Origin: a virus
Reading direction: 5' to 3' (one strand)
Length of the DNA stretch: 64,000 bases
IMG/VR virus record: IMGVR_UViG_3300014502_000004
Coordinates: 13,564-77,563 of that record
Shown: positions 36,930 to 46,750 of the stretch, piece by piece
How positions within the stretch are numbered: the stretch's first letter is position 1
Layout of the letters: each line of letters opens with the position of its first letter
Position numbers and translations under genes: made by a program
The notes under the pieces: model-generated
Told to the model about the DNA's origin: nothing
Database searches by the model: none
What the model saw: the letters and a program-made list of their open reading frames with translations, nothing else

Positions 36930-38846
36930 ATGATTGCTCCCCCTGTGGACTACACTGAGATTCAGAAGTCGATCTCAGCTCAAGAGATGCAAGAAGCCTA
37001 TCAGGAAGTGGGACGGTTAAGAAATGTCACTTCCCACATTCCTGTTGCTGCTAGAAAAGAGCCAGGGGCTCTTCAGAAGGCATATCGTGGTCTTTCAGAT
37101 ATGGGTCCTAATCGTGGTCCCAAGTCTGCCTTCTTCGATCCTCTCTCACTTCAGTATGCGATGGGGTACAAGGACCGTCGCTATTCTCTGACCTATGATG
37201 TTCTCAAGCGATGTGCAACTCAGCTCTCAATTGTTGCTGCTATTGTCAATACTCGAATTGCTCAGATTGCATCGTTTGCTGCTCCGTATCGAACCACGAA
37301 GTCTCTGGGGTACATGGTCAAGCACAAAGACCCAGAGCACATGACAACTCGTGCTGAGCGTGAGTTCATCAAACAGCTTGAAGCATTCGTTGCTAACTGT
37401 GGTGAGCCTGGAAAGAAGAATATCTACAGTAGAACTTCAAGGGATGATTTTGAGTCATTCTTGAAGAAGGTTGTTAGAGACACATTGGTCTATGATCAGC
37501 TTTGTTTCGAGATCGTTCCTAGAAACAATAGAATCCCATTTGAGTTTCTAGCAATTGATGCAGCCACGATCAGAATTGCATCTACAGATCGCGATGCTGG
37601 TATTGGTTTTAGCTACCATGCTCGAAATCCTGTGGCCCCTCTTGGTGGTCGTTTCGCTGCCCTCTATGAGAACAAGCAGTATGGGGCATTGACAGGAAGC
37701 GGCTACGGTGGATTCTCTGATCCTGTCACCGATCAAGATGTGCAGTTTGTTCAGATCATCAATGGTCAGATCGAGAACGTCTACAGTGAGAGCGAGCTGG
37801 CTTTTGGTGTTCGGAATCCTCGTACTGACATCTACATTCAGCAGTACGGTTATGGTGAGATTGAACAGCTCATCACCATCGTGACTTCTCTCCTCTTCTC
37901 TGAGGAATACAACCGTCGATATTTCACCCAAGGTTCTCACCCCAAGGGTTTGCTTAACTTCAAGGGTGATAACTGGACACCAGATCAGCTTGAGGCATTC
38001 CGTCGGCAGTGGGTTGCTACTGTGGCGGGTGTTGAGAATGCATGGAAGACTCCAATCACTCAGTCTGAAGGAATTGAGTGGATCAACCTTCAGATGACCA
38101 ACAAGGATATGGAGTTCTCCACCTGGATTGAGTATCTAATCAAGATCATTTGTGGTGTGTACCTGATTGACCCAGCAGAAATCAACTTCGACCTTCATGG
38201 TGGTGTGCAGCAGACGCCACTTTTTGAATCAAGTCAGGAGTGGAAGCTCAAGGCATCTCGTGATCGTGGTCTGAAGCCGCTCCTTAGGTTCATTGCCAAG
38301 CTTATCAACAAGCATGTCATTGACAAGATCGATGATCATTTCGTGTTCGAGTTCGTTGGGCTTGATGAGCTGACGGAACAAGAAAAGCACGAGATGATCA
38401 AGGAGCAGATCGCAAGCTACATGACTCTTAATGAAGCTCGTCGGTCTCTCGATCTTCCTGACATTCCGCTGGGTGATGTTCCACAGAATCCTACCTATGT
38501 TCAACTGTTGCAGATCTACAACCAGAACATTCAGCAGCAGCAAGCTCAGCAGCAGCAACAGCAGCAGATGGAACAGCAGCAAGCGATGGCAGCTCAGCAG
38601 GGTCAACTTCCTCCTGGGGCCGAGCAGCAGGGTCAGCTTCCTCCTGGTGCTGAGTCCCCCCAGGGTGGACAGGTTGTGAGGGCTCCCGGTCAGCCCGGTG
38701 AGGGAGGCATTCCTGCTGGTCAAGGTCCAGTTCCAGGCGAGAGGCCAGGAGCCACACCTAAGTACACAGCCAATTTCGGTAAGTCGATGAAAGAAATCGT
38801 TGTGACTTTCGACGATTGGATTGATCAAAAGAGGAGTGACAAATGA
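36930..38846 (+). CDS. Portal protein with Gln/Gly/Pro-rich C-terminal tail
   Basis: AIVNTR..Q, D.LVYD, IDAATIR, NPRTD..YGY.EIE, YFTQGSHPKGLL, DMEF..W, DPAEINF, GLKPLL. Confidence 0.92.
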   Translation: MIAPPVDYTEIQKSISAQEMQEAYQEVGRLRNVTSHIPVAARKEPGALQKAYRGLSDMGPNRGPKSAFFDPLSLQYAMGYKDRRYSLTYDVLKRCATQLSIVAAIVNTRIAQIASFAAPYRTTKSLGYMVKHKDPEHMTTRAEREFIKQLEAFVANCGEPGKKNIYSRTSRDDFESFLKKVVRDTLVYDQLCFEIVPRNNRIPFEFLAIDAATIRIASTDRDAGIGFSYHARNPVAPLGGRFAALYENKQYGALTGSGYGGFSDPVTDQDVQFVQIINGQIENVYSESELAFGVRNPRTDIYIQQYGYGEIEQLITIVTSLLFSEEYNRRYFTQGSHPKGLLNFKGDNWTPDQLEAFRRQWVATVAGVENAWKTPITQSEGIEWINLQMTNKDMEFSTWIEYLIKIICGVYLIDPAEINFDLHGGVQQTPLFESSQEWKLKASRDRGLKPLLRFIAKLINKHVIDKIDDHFVFEFVGLDELTEQEKHEMIKEQIASYMTLNEARRSLDLPDIPLGDVPQNPTYVQLLQIYNQNIQQQQAQQQQQQQMEQQQAMAAQQGQLPPGAEQQGQLPPGAESPQGGQVVRAPGQPGEGGIPAGQGPVPGERPGATPKYTANFGKSMKEIVVTFDDWIDQKRSDK

Positions 38847-40108
38847 GCAGACTCAATATGATCAAGTCGAAGAAGAAGCACACTCCTCTTAATCTAGACG
38901 AAAAGAAGAGTGCTCGTTTGGTTCCAGAAGCTGGTGCTCAGATCATGAAAGACTTTGAGCACATGGCTGGAGAGTACAAGAAGATCGATGCAGCAGGTCC
39001 GTCAGCCAAACCCCAGCATGTGATGGAAACAGCTCAGATGCATGGTTGGTCTACCCCGGCCATGGGTCAGGTCGGCGAAGAGAAGAAGCAGGCTTTAGGT
39101 ATTCGAACCGGATCAAAACAAACTACTCCCAGGATGGCTGGAGCTTCTGGTGCCCACACTGTGTCTCATGGTGGTGATGTGATCTCTTCTGCACCAGCAG
39201 AGACAAAGACCAAGCCTTATACAAAGCCGTTGAAGCCAGGATCAACTTTTACAATGCAGTCAGTAGCTAAGCCGGAGAGTGAGAAGAAGGTTGCCTCTAT
39301 GAGCGGACCTCCTGAGGGTACGCTTCAGGCCGCCTCAGCAAAGGCTTTCAAGGCTCTGAAGAAGGCTGCCGAGGATCAGGAAAAGCATTATGGGATCCAC
39401 TATGGGACGAAAGACCCCAAGGGCTCTTTGTCTAGAATCAAGAAGTACAAGACCAAACGTGGGAAGATCAAGAATCCGCCCAAGAGTGCAGAGGGTAAGA
39501 ATGACATGGCTTCTGAGATGATTGCTCACCACATGCATCATCTTGGTCGTCATCCAGGTGGTCAGAAGCAAGCAATCGCTATTGGCTTGAATCAGGCCGG
39601 TGAGAGCAGAAATGACAAGTCCATGGTCCAGGGCAGTCCTCAGTATGCCCCCCTTCGACCTAGCCACAAAATGGGTATAGGAGAAAAGTCGATGGAGTCC
39701 ACCAAGAAGTCGTTTGATGAGTTGATGGATCTGAGCAAGGCTGTCACGGCGAGGTCGCTGCCTCGTATCCCCCGTGCCCTGCAGCCGCAGAAGGACATCT
39801 TCCGTTCTGCCATGGACATCCCCACTAACAAGGATTCTAGGCTCGCCAAGGACATCCCTTCGATGCACGCTGGGTATCTGAAACCTGATGTGCTAGCTCA
39901 GGTTCGTCGGGATGAGGAAGAGCGGACTCACCGTGAGGTGAACAAGAGCGGTGAACTGCAGGATTGTGATGTCTGTGGTCGTGTGTTCTCCAAGAGCTTC
40001 GATGCTTGTCCAACCTGTCAGATTAGCAAGGCGGCCATGTGCAAGGCATGTGGGCATCAGATGGTGAAGGGACGAGACGGCGAGCTTCATTGCTCCATCT
40101 GCGGGTGA
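38843..40108 (+). CDS. Putative head cargo protein with C-terminal zinc ribbons
   Basis: QKQAIAIGLNQA motif; many hydrophobic-x-K[SA] sites; three CxxC pairs. Confidence 0.65.
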   Translation: MSRLNMIKSKKKHTPLNLDEKKSARLVPEAGAQIMKDFEHMAGEYKKIDAAGPSAKPQHVMETAQMHGWSTPAMGQVGEEKKQALGIRTGSKQTTPRMAGASGAHTVSHGGDVISSAPAETKTKPYTKPLKPGSTFTMQSVAKPESEKKVASMSGPPEGTLQAASAKAFKALKKAAEDQEKHYGIHYGTKDPKGSLSRIKKYKTKRGKIKNPPKSAEGKNDMASEMIAHHMHHLGRHPGGQKQAIAIGLNQAGESRNDKSMVQGSPQYAPLRPSHKMGIGEKSMESTKKSFDELMDLSKAVTARSLPRIPRALQPQKDIFRSAMDIPTNKDSRLAKDIPSMHAGYLKPDVLAQVRRDEEERTHREVNKSGELQDCDVCGRVFSKSFDACPTCQISKAAMCKACGHQMVKGRDGELHCSICG

Positions 40109-40112
40109 GGTC

Positions 40113-41396
40113 ATGCTCCTGACTGCGACTCAGCTTTTCGATCTGGCGAGTGACTTGCTCAAGTCTAAGCAGCATCCGACTCAGACGGGGCCACGGGGAG
40201 GTAAGTTCTACCTCACGCAGTCAGGGGAGAAGATCTATGTTGAGGAAGGTGTGGTTGGAAAGAAGATCAAGGGTGAGACAGAGCCTCCTCAGCTTCTTCT
40301 TCACACTACGAGTGCTCCTCATCTTGTTGAGTCCAAGAAGGATGTTGAGGTTAAGATCGTACCTGGGAAGAAGGAGCTTCCAGCTAGATTCCAATCCAAG
40401 ATGAAGGTTGGCCATCCTAAGCGAAGCTACATTCGAGCCCAGGAAAGCAGCAACTGGCCAGCCTATTTTTGTCGAAACTGTAATTCAGCAATCGTCCCTA
40501 ATCATGATCACCCTGTGACAGTTCAGAGGGTAATTAGGAATCCACGAACGAATCAGGTTGAAGGTCGTGTTGGGGAGACTGTAGGTAATACAACTGATGT
40601 GACACAGATCAATCCCAAAACTGGAGAGAAGAAGTACATCGATCCTCCAGATCCTGCTGCTGTGGCTCAGAAACTCTGCCCCACTTGTTTCAAGCAGCAT
40701 GCGGTCCAGAGTCGTGAGGTCACAGGTCGTGTTCCAGCTCTTAAGCTGACTGTAGCGAGCCGGACCAAGATGAAGGAAGTCAAGGCTGCTGCCAAGCTTC
40801 TTGAGGGAGCACTGAAGAAGCTTCCGATCAAACGGTCTAAGGAGGAGCAGAGGTCAATTAGGGAGCATGAGGCTACCCAGGCTACTCAGGCCAGAGCAGA
40901 AGCCAAAAGGCTCAAAGCTGCTGGTCTTCCAACGACTGTGCGTCGTGAGCGAGAAGCAGCTGCAATGAATAGGGAAGAGACAGAGGCTCAGGCAAAGATC
41001 AGAACTAGGTTCAAGAATCATCTCATCAGACAGGGGACGGATGAGGCTACGGCTAGTGAGTCAGCCAACAAGATGACCCCTGTTGAGATTCGACAGTTCC
41101 GTGATCAGTCTGCTCATGAAGAGTCAGTTAGAGGTGAGGAGACACGGCAGAGGTTAGGGAAGGAGCTGGAAGGAAAGAAGCTAGTCCGTGTTGTAGGAAT
41201 GAGCCAGCTCATGGATTTGATGGAACGTCGCAAGCATGGTGTTCCTGGAAGTGAAGAGGAGCATGGTGCTACATTCGAGGGGTTGAACCCAACCAAGGCT
41301 CGTCAGGATGAAGCGACACGGACAGAGAAGTTACGAGATCGTCAAGAGAAGGAATCCAAGATCAAGAAGAGTGTTGGTCTTTGGATGTCCGTATAG
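40113..41396 (+). CDS. Putative head cargo protein
   Basis: LLKS then TGPRGGKFY motif; CRNC/CPTC; C-terminal IKKSVGLWMSV. Confidence 0.65.
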   Translation: MLLTATQLFDLASDLLKSKQHPTQTGPRGGKFYLTQSGEKIYVEEGVVGKKIKGETEPPQLLLHTTSAPHLVESKKDVEVKIVPGKKELPARFQSKMKVGHPKRSYIRAQESSNWPAYFCRNCNSAIVPNHDHPVTVQRVIRNPRTNQVEGRVGETVGNTTDVTQINPKTGEKKYIDPPDPAAVAQKLCPTCFKQHAVQSREVTGRVPALKLTVASRTKMKEVKAAAKLLEGALKKLPIKRSKEEQRSIREHEATQATQARAEAKRLKAAGLPTTVRREREAAAMNREETEAQAKIRTRFKNHLIRQGTDEATASESANKMTPVEIRQFRDQSAHEESVRGEETRQRLGKELEGKKLVRVVGMSQLMDLMERRKHGVPGSEEEHGATFEGLNPTKARQDEATRTEKLRDRQEKESKIKKSVGLWMSV

Positions 41397-41406
41397 GAGA
41401 AGATAG

Positions 41407-41874
41407 ATGCCTCACAACCCGTATGCAGGCCACATTCCCCTCAATCTCCGCAACAGCAAGACTGATGAGGAGCTGAGCAAGTCCACGAGCTATCGAGAGG
41501 GGATCACGCACCCAACTGAGTACCGCACACCCCAGCAGGACCCTTCTCTGCTGAGGAACGAAGGCTGCACTCCTCTTCGTCGCTACCCTGATGGCAGGCT
41601 CGACACCGAGTTTGTGGCCAGCCAGGTTATCGACATGATCCACAAGGCTGAGAGTGGTGGCAACCTGACTAGCTTTGAGCAGTCCATTCTCACTCTGATC
41701 CTCCCTCAGAAGTTCCAGCTGGTGAATCCCAAGATTGCTGGAACCATGGCCAGGATGACAGAGGAGGAGCGGGGTCTGGTTTCTCTTCGTGTGCTTCGAC
41801 ATATGAATGAGGAGCTGAACTGGAACACCGGCAGGGGCGGTTCGGTGCCGTTCCACCATGTCACAAAGAGTTAG
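41407..41874 (+). CDS. Hypothetical virion protein
   Basis: AGGAG RBS; ELSKS, IHKA. Confidence 0.65.
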   Translation: MPHNPYAGHIPLNLRNSKTDEELSKSTSYREGITHPTEYRTPQQDPSLLRNEGCTPLRRYPDGRLDTEFVASQVIDMIHKAESGGNLTSFEQSILTLILPQKFQLVNPKIAGTMARMTEEERGLVSLRVLRHMNEELNWNTGRGGSVPFHHVTKS

Positions 41875-42094
41875 GCTTCAGGTTCCTGAGGACTTGAGCA
41901 CCGATGATGTGATCAAGTCTTTGGAGGCAACCATCGAGACGCTGAGGAAGGGTGGTCCAGATCCCGACCTCAGTGTTTTGTTATCTGGAGAGAACCCTGC
42001 AGCGTCTCATCTGGTGAAGTTTGTAGATGATTCATTTGATATCATGATGAATAGTCTGGCCAAGGAAATATCCAAGGTACTTAGCTCAAAATGA
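41858..42094 (+). CDS. Hypothetical protein
   Basis: VIKSL; coupled. Confidence 0.55.
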   Translation: MSQRVRLQVPEDLSTDDVIKSLEATIETLRKGGPDPDLSVLLSGENPAASHLVKFVDDSFDIMMNSLAKEISKVLSSK

Positions 42095-42267
42095 AGTCTA
42101 CTATTTCTCAGAGACTTACTGTAAAGAAATCACTGTCTACAGATGGTGATCGTATTTTGAAACTTCTGGTTAATGAGTATCATATGCAGCACATGGATGC
42201 AGTTAAGTTGATGATGGACGGTGGACCGATGTTAGCTGTGGCGTTGATTAAACTTACACAGGGGTAG
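42091..42267 (+). CDS. Small protein (58 aa, not in ORF track)
   Basis: ATGA overlap with previous stop; MKSTISQRLTVKKSLS... Confidence 0.5.
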   Translation: MKSTISQRLTVKKSLSTDGDRILKLLVNEYHMQHMDAVKLMMDGGPMLAVALIKLTQG

Positions 42268-42270
42268 AGC

Positions 42271-43611
42271 ATGCTCATCTATCTTGATGAGGGTCTGTTT
42301 AAGATTTCAGACAAATTGTGGAAAGCTCTACCTAAGGGTAAAGAGGCATTTGGTAGTCGTCTGTCCAGATACGATGAGCCGGCTACACCAAAGGTGGCGA
42401 AACCTGCTGTTGCTGCAGTTCCAAAACCTACTACTCCTGCTCCCGTGCGTGGGCCAGACGTTTCGTCTCCAGGTCATCAGCTGGCCACACACGAAGCAGC
42501 TGCTGGTCATGCCCAACATGGGTACATGATGCACATGCTGAATAATGAACCAGAACATGCCAGAAAAATGTTGGGCATGTATCAGACTCACACTGCTCGT
42601 GCTGGTATTCTGAAGCAGCAGGGAGCTGTGACTACTCCACAACATCACGAAGATTTAGCTGTTCATTATCACTTGAATCGAGATCAGTATTCTGGGAGTA
42701 AGACTCCTGTTTATTCTAGAATCAAAGCTCATCTTCAGCACGCTGGTCATCCTCCTGGGACTGACATCAATGATGTAGCGGAAGCTCATGCTACCAAGAC
42801 CAAAGAATCTGCAGAAGGGGGGTATGGTCCGTATAGTTCCAGCAACAATAAGATGGGGACAGCGGCTCCTTATGCAGATAAGCCGATTGGTGCTGAGGAA
42901 GGGACTTCAGTTAGGCGTCGGGTAGCGAAGTCTTTGATTGATTGGGATTGTGATCTCATCAAAGCTAAGGTTGGTAGACATATTGATCTTTCCAAGGATG
43001 CTTTGCAGAGGAAGCTCAACGGTGGTCACTATTCTTTGGTGTCAGCTGGCAGGAACATAGAAGACCCAGAAGAGAAGGATCTGCCAGAGAATCATCCCAA
43101 GTTCTTAGCCAGGCATGAGAAGCTTAGAAGTGATCTAATCAACCATGGATTAGATCACACTGAGGTTGAAGGTCATTGGGGTGGTAAAGAGAAGTCATTT
43201 CTAGTTCATCATGTACCAAAGGCTAAGGTTGCCACTCCTAGGAATGTGATGACAAAGACATTCATGGTTCATCACAATGATCCTAGTGAGCATAGCACTG
43301 TCAGAGATCTGGCTAAGAAGTACAATCAGAATAGTGTCATCCACTCAAAAGGTGGATATCATGAGTGCCATTATGTAACTGGTGCAGATGCAGGAACCCA
43401 TAACAAAGGCGCAGGTCATACTCTGAAGCCTGAAGCTACAGACTTGTACACTGAAGTTCCTCATCCCAACAAGACATCAACCAAGTTTGAGCTGAAGTTG
43501 GATTGGAATAACAAGCATCCTGCAAAGACTGCTGTACTGAAATCACTGACAAGACTGTACATCAACAAGACGAGTCTGAAGAAGGCGTTTCCTCTCTTCA
43601 TTCGTCTGTAG
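42271..43611 (+). CDS. His-rich head cargo protein with DUF3293-like domain
   Basis: SLVSAGRN...L.SDL...G......G.WG..E.SFLV...LAKKYNQNSVI. Confidence 0.6.
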   Translation: MLIYLDEGLFKISDKLWKALPKGKEAFGSRLSRYDEPATPKVAKPAVAAVPKPTTPAPVRGPDVSSPGHQLATHEAAAGHAQHGYMMHMLNNEPEHARKMLGMYQTHTARAGILKQQGAVTTPQHHEDLAVHYHLNRDQYSGSKTPVYSRIKAHLQHAGHPPGTDINDVAEAHATKTKESAEGGYGPYSSSNNKMGTAAPYADKPIGAEEGTSVRRRVAKSLIDWDCDLIKAKVGRHIDLSKDALQRKLNGGHYSLVSAGRNIEDPEEKDLPENHPKFLARHEKLRSDLINHGLDHTEVEGHWGGKEKSFLVHHVPKAKVATPRNVMTKTFMVHHNDPSEHSTVRDLAKKYNQNSVIHSKGGYHECHYVTGADAGTHNKGAGHTLKPEATDLYTEVPHPNKTSTKFELKLDWNNKHPAKTAVLKSLTRLYINKTSLKKAFPLFIRL

Positions 43612-43620
43612 GAGAAGACC

Positions 43621-44238
43621 ATGCGTAGCGACATGATTGGCCCCCGAAGGCTTCAGCCTGCCAAGACGGAAGACACATGCAATCCTATTTTCGTTCTTGT
43701 GAACGAAGATCCTCATCGTGTGCTCAAGTCTCAGGTGATGCCTGGTGTCACTGAGGGGCAGATGAATGGGGCGTTGCCTCGGATTCCAAGTACCCGTCCT
43801 GGGCTGTATCTGGAGGAGAAGGTTGAGAAGGCTCAGGTAGTGGAGAAGGACTTTGACAGTGGCGAATCTCAGGAGGTCGAAGCTGCGTTGCGGAGCAAGC
43901 CTGTTGGTATTCCTCATCTTGGTATTGATCGTCCTGGGACTCGTGCGGAGGCTGAAAAGAAGAAGAAGCGTATGCTAGTTGGTCCAGTTATAAAGAAGGC
44001 CAAGATACATTCAGCTCATTCATCATTGACGGAAGCTGAGTTGGAAAAGCATCCAATTGGTACGGTGTTAAGGATTCATCGTCCTGGTAGGCGACCTCAG
44101 ACACTAACTAGGGAAGACTATCAGCATCATATGACTGGTAAGACTCATTGGCGACATAACTCTGGTGATAGAATGTCACACATGGGTGTTGAAAGGCAAC
44201 TGGGTGAAATGGGATATAAGGTGATTGGTAAGGACTAA
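43621..44238 (+). CDS. Putative head cargo protein
   Basis: VLKS, VEKA, IKKA motifs. Confidence 0.6.
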   Translation: MRSDMIGPRRLQPAKTEDTCNPIFVLVNEDPHRVLKSQVMPGVTEGQMNGALPRIPSTRPGLYLEEKVEKAQVVEKDFDSGESQEVEAALRSKPVGIPHLGIDRPGTRAEAEKKKKRMLVGPVIKKAKIHSAHSSLTEAELEKHPIGTVLRIHRPGRRPQTLTREDYQHHMTGKTHWRHNSGDRMSHMGVERQLGEMGYKVIGKD

Positions 44239-44243
44239 GGTGA

Positions 44244-45647
44244 ATGGTTCTTACCAGAGCCCAGATCGAGAAGCTTGCTGAGATCATCCGTCAACATGCT
44301 ACCTGGTTTGCTTGGCGGGTTTTCGGAGAGCAAGAGATCTCAGACAAGGATTTGCAGCAGCTCAAGTCGAGCGGCAAGCTGCCAATGGATGTCCATGCCC
44401 AGTCGATCAAGTATGCCTATGTCCTGGGTAAGCTAGAGTCTGTCCTCAAGGAAGGTGAGTACAAGAATCTGAGCTGGACCCAGCTGCAGGAGGCTGCAGA
44501 GGGCAGGTACACGACGGTCGACAAGCTGGCCATTGATGCTGCTGAGCTGTCTGCTCACACGAGGTTCAGGAACCTCATTGATGATATGAGGAATGGTCTG
44601 TACCAGAAACTGTCCCAGGCCACCAACCAGACCATTTCAGAAGCCAGCATCAAAGAGACCATCGCTGATAAGATCAGAACTGGTGTAGATCTGAGCCAAG
44701 CCTACACCAAGGTTGCTAATGAGCTGGTAGATGCTCTGCAGGAAACCAAGAGGAATTGGTCACGAGTAGCAGCCACAGAGATGCACTCAGCCCGTCAACG
44801 TGGGATTGCTGCTGCCATCATTCAGAAGGAAGACATCTACAAGTATTCTGACGGTATTGATAGCAATGTAGCTGTGGTCCATGACTACGATATGTGTGAT
44901 GACTGCAGGCGTTTGTACTATGATCCTAAGACAGGTAATCCAAAGATCTTCAAGCTGAAGGAGCTGCTTGATAACGAGGGTTCAAATTATCGTAGACCAT
45001 GGCGACAGAATGCTAAACCTGTACTCCCACCAGCTCACCCCCACTGTTATGGAAGACTTCATTATGTTCCTGCTGGATGGGGATGGGATGACCAGCATGA
45101 GTTCACTCTTCTAGATCCAGCTGAAGCCTATCCTGAAGTGGTGAAGGGCAAGATTCTAGACGTTCCCAGCTACAGGCAGAAAGAGAAGTACACCTGTGGC
45201 CCATCTGCATTTCTTGCTGTGCTTGAGTATTACAAGTTCAAGGATGTTCCTGATGAGAAGAAGCTAGCTGAAGCCCTTGGATCAACTGAAGAGGGTGGAA
45301 CAAGACCAGAGGATATCGAGAAGCTGGCGAACAAGTGTGGTCTCAAGGCTTCGATTCAAGAACCAATGGAGATTGATGATCTTGAGAAGCTGACTGATGA
45401 TGGTGTGCCGGTCATTGTTGCTATGCAGGCATGGCGGGACACGAAGGCTACACCTTGGGCGAGTGATTGGGATGATGGTCACTACGAAGTGGTGATCGGT
45501 GTGGACAAAGATGAGATCCATTTCGAGGACCCATCTGTGTCGAAGAAGAGAGCGTTCATCCACAGAGATGAGTTTTTGAAACGTTGGCATGATGTTGATC
45601 GAGATGGAAAGAAACGAATCCATCTTGGGATAGTGATACGACCATGA
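44244..45647 (+). CDS. MuF (Mu gpF-like) minor head protein fused to a C39-like cysteine peptidase
   Basis: RVAATE, CDDC, PPAHPHC (MuF); Q....CGPSA, GHYEVVIG, EDPS (papain-like C39). Confidence 0.85.
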   Translation: MVLTRAQIEKLAEIIRQHATWFAWRVFGEQEISDKDLQQLKSSGKLPMDVHAQSIKYAYVLGKLESVLKEGEYKNLSWTQLQEAAEGRYTTVDKLAIDAAELSAHTRFRNLIDDMRNGLYQKLSQATNQTISEASIKETIADKIRTGVDLSQAYTKVANELVDALQETKRNWSRVAATEMHSARQRGIAAAIIQKEDIYKYSDGIDSNVAVVHDYDMCDDCRRLYYDPKTGNPKIFKLKELLDNEGSNYRRPWRQNAKPVLPPAHPHCYGRLHYVPAGWGWDDQHEFTLLDPAEAYPEVVKGKILDVPSYRQKEKYTCGPSAFLAVLEYYKFKDVPDEKKLAEALGSTEEGGTRPEDIEKLANKCGLKASIQEPMEIDDLEKLTDDGVPVIVAMQAWRDTKATPWASDWDDGHYEVVIGVDKDEIHFEDPSVSKKRAFIHRDEFLKRWHDVDRDGKKRIHLGIVIRP

Positions 45648-46750
45648 ATCCATTCGATGAGCTTGAGATGATCTCCAAGGGTGAGTTGATTCCTGGTGGC
45701 AAGGCTTCAGGAAAGCCAAAGCCCCAGGATGATCATGAGTCCAAGAAGACTGGTCGTGAGATTGAAATGGAGCATGTGGAAGGCGGTCCTTTGCCCAAGA
45801 AGGTGAAGGAAGCTGTAGCTGATGAGATCCACGATGATCACGTCGAAGAACATCCTGGTTACTATGATGACAAGATTGGTCTTCCAGCCATGGAGCGCCA
45901 ATTGGACAAGGTGGGGAAGTCTGATTCAGGCTCGTTCCGTGGTGGTGATCCTGAGCTGGCTCAGCAGAAGCAGCAGGAAGCCAAGGATGAGGCTGCAGAT
46001 CAAGATATGGGTGGGGATGATGCTGGGGATGATGCTGGGGATGCAGCTGAGCCAGATGAGGATGCTGAGATCGCTCAGCAGGACAAAGATGATACGAAGT
46101 CTGACAAGATGGCGAGCCTGACGAAGGCTGGTGGATTCCCATCTATTCCAATGGGCAGTCAGGAAGTTTCGCCTGTCAACACGGATGAGGACTACTTTGA
46201 TGACAGAGATCCCAAGCGGAACGTCAACAATTACTATCTTCAGTTCCGTGGTCGTCAAGCCCCATTCAAAGAGCCTTGTCCGTTGGATCGCCGTGAACAC
46301 CAACATGAGGTCTGGTCAGAGGCTCTGGGTTACCGAATCCCCCTTGAGGGGAACCCCGCTATGTATCTCCGTAGGTTCAATTTAGCTGGGGACAAGGAAG
46401 GATATGAGCAGGCTTTGAAGGAGGTTTTTAAATCAGACCAGGATGAACAAGAACCAGATCAGAATCCTGAGCAAGATTCTGAGCAGGGTGAGTCTAATGA
46501 AGAGGAGCCACCTGGCCCCAAGATGTTGCTTCAGCATCTAAATGAATTTAGCAAAGATCAATTGATTCAGATTTCCAAGAAGATCTGGGGTGACGACTAC
46601 AATTATCAGGATTGGATGGATGACGATTATATTAGAAATGATATTGCTGGTTCACTGATGGATCTACTGGAAGGTGATGGAGATAATCCATTTGAGGATG
46701 GAATGGATCAGCAGCCTGAGGAATCGGAAAGTGCTTCCTCTGCTGATTGA
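45644..46750 (+). CDS. Acidic head cargo protein (DUF5661-like G..IEMEH...DH..E...YY)
   Basis: GREIEMEH..A.EI..DHVEEHPGYY; ISKG, VGKS, LTKA, VFKS. Confidence 0.6.
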   Translation: MNPFDELEMISKGELIPGGKASGKPKPQDDHESKKTGREIEMEHVEGGPLPKKVKEAVADEIHDDHVEEHPGYYDDKIGLPAMERQLDKVGKSDSGSFRGGDPELAQQKQQEAKDEAADQDMGGDDAGDDAGDAAEPDEDAEIAQQDKDDTKSDKMASLTKAGGFPSIPMGSQEVSPVNTDEDYFDDRDPKRNVNNYYLQFRGRQAPFKEPCPLDRREHQHEVWSEALGYRIPLEGNPAMYLRRFNLAGDKEGYEQALKEVFKSDQDEQEPDQNPEQDSEQGESNEEEPPGPKMLLQHLNEFSKDQLIQISKKIWGDDYNYQDWMDDDYIRNDIAGSLMDLLEGDGDNPFEDGMDQQPEESESASSAD

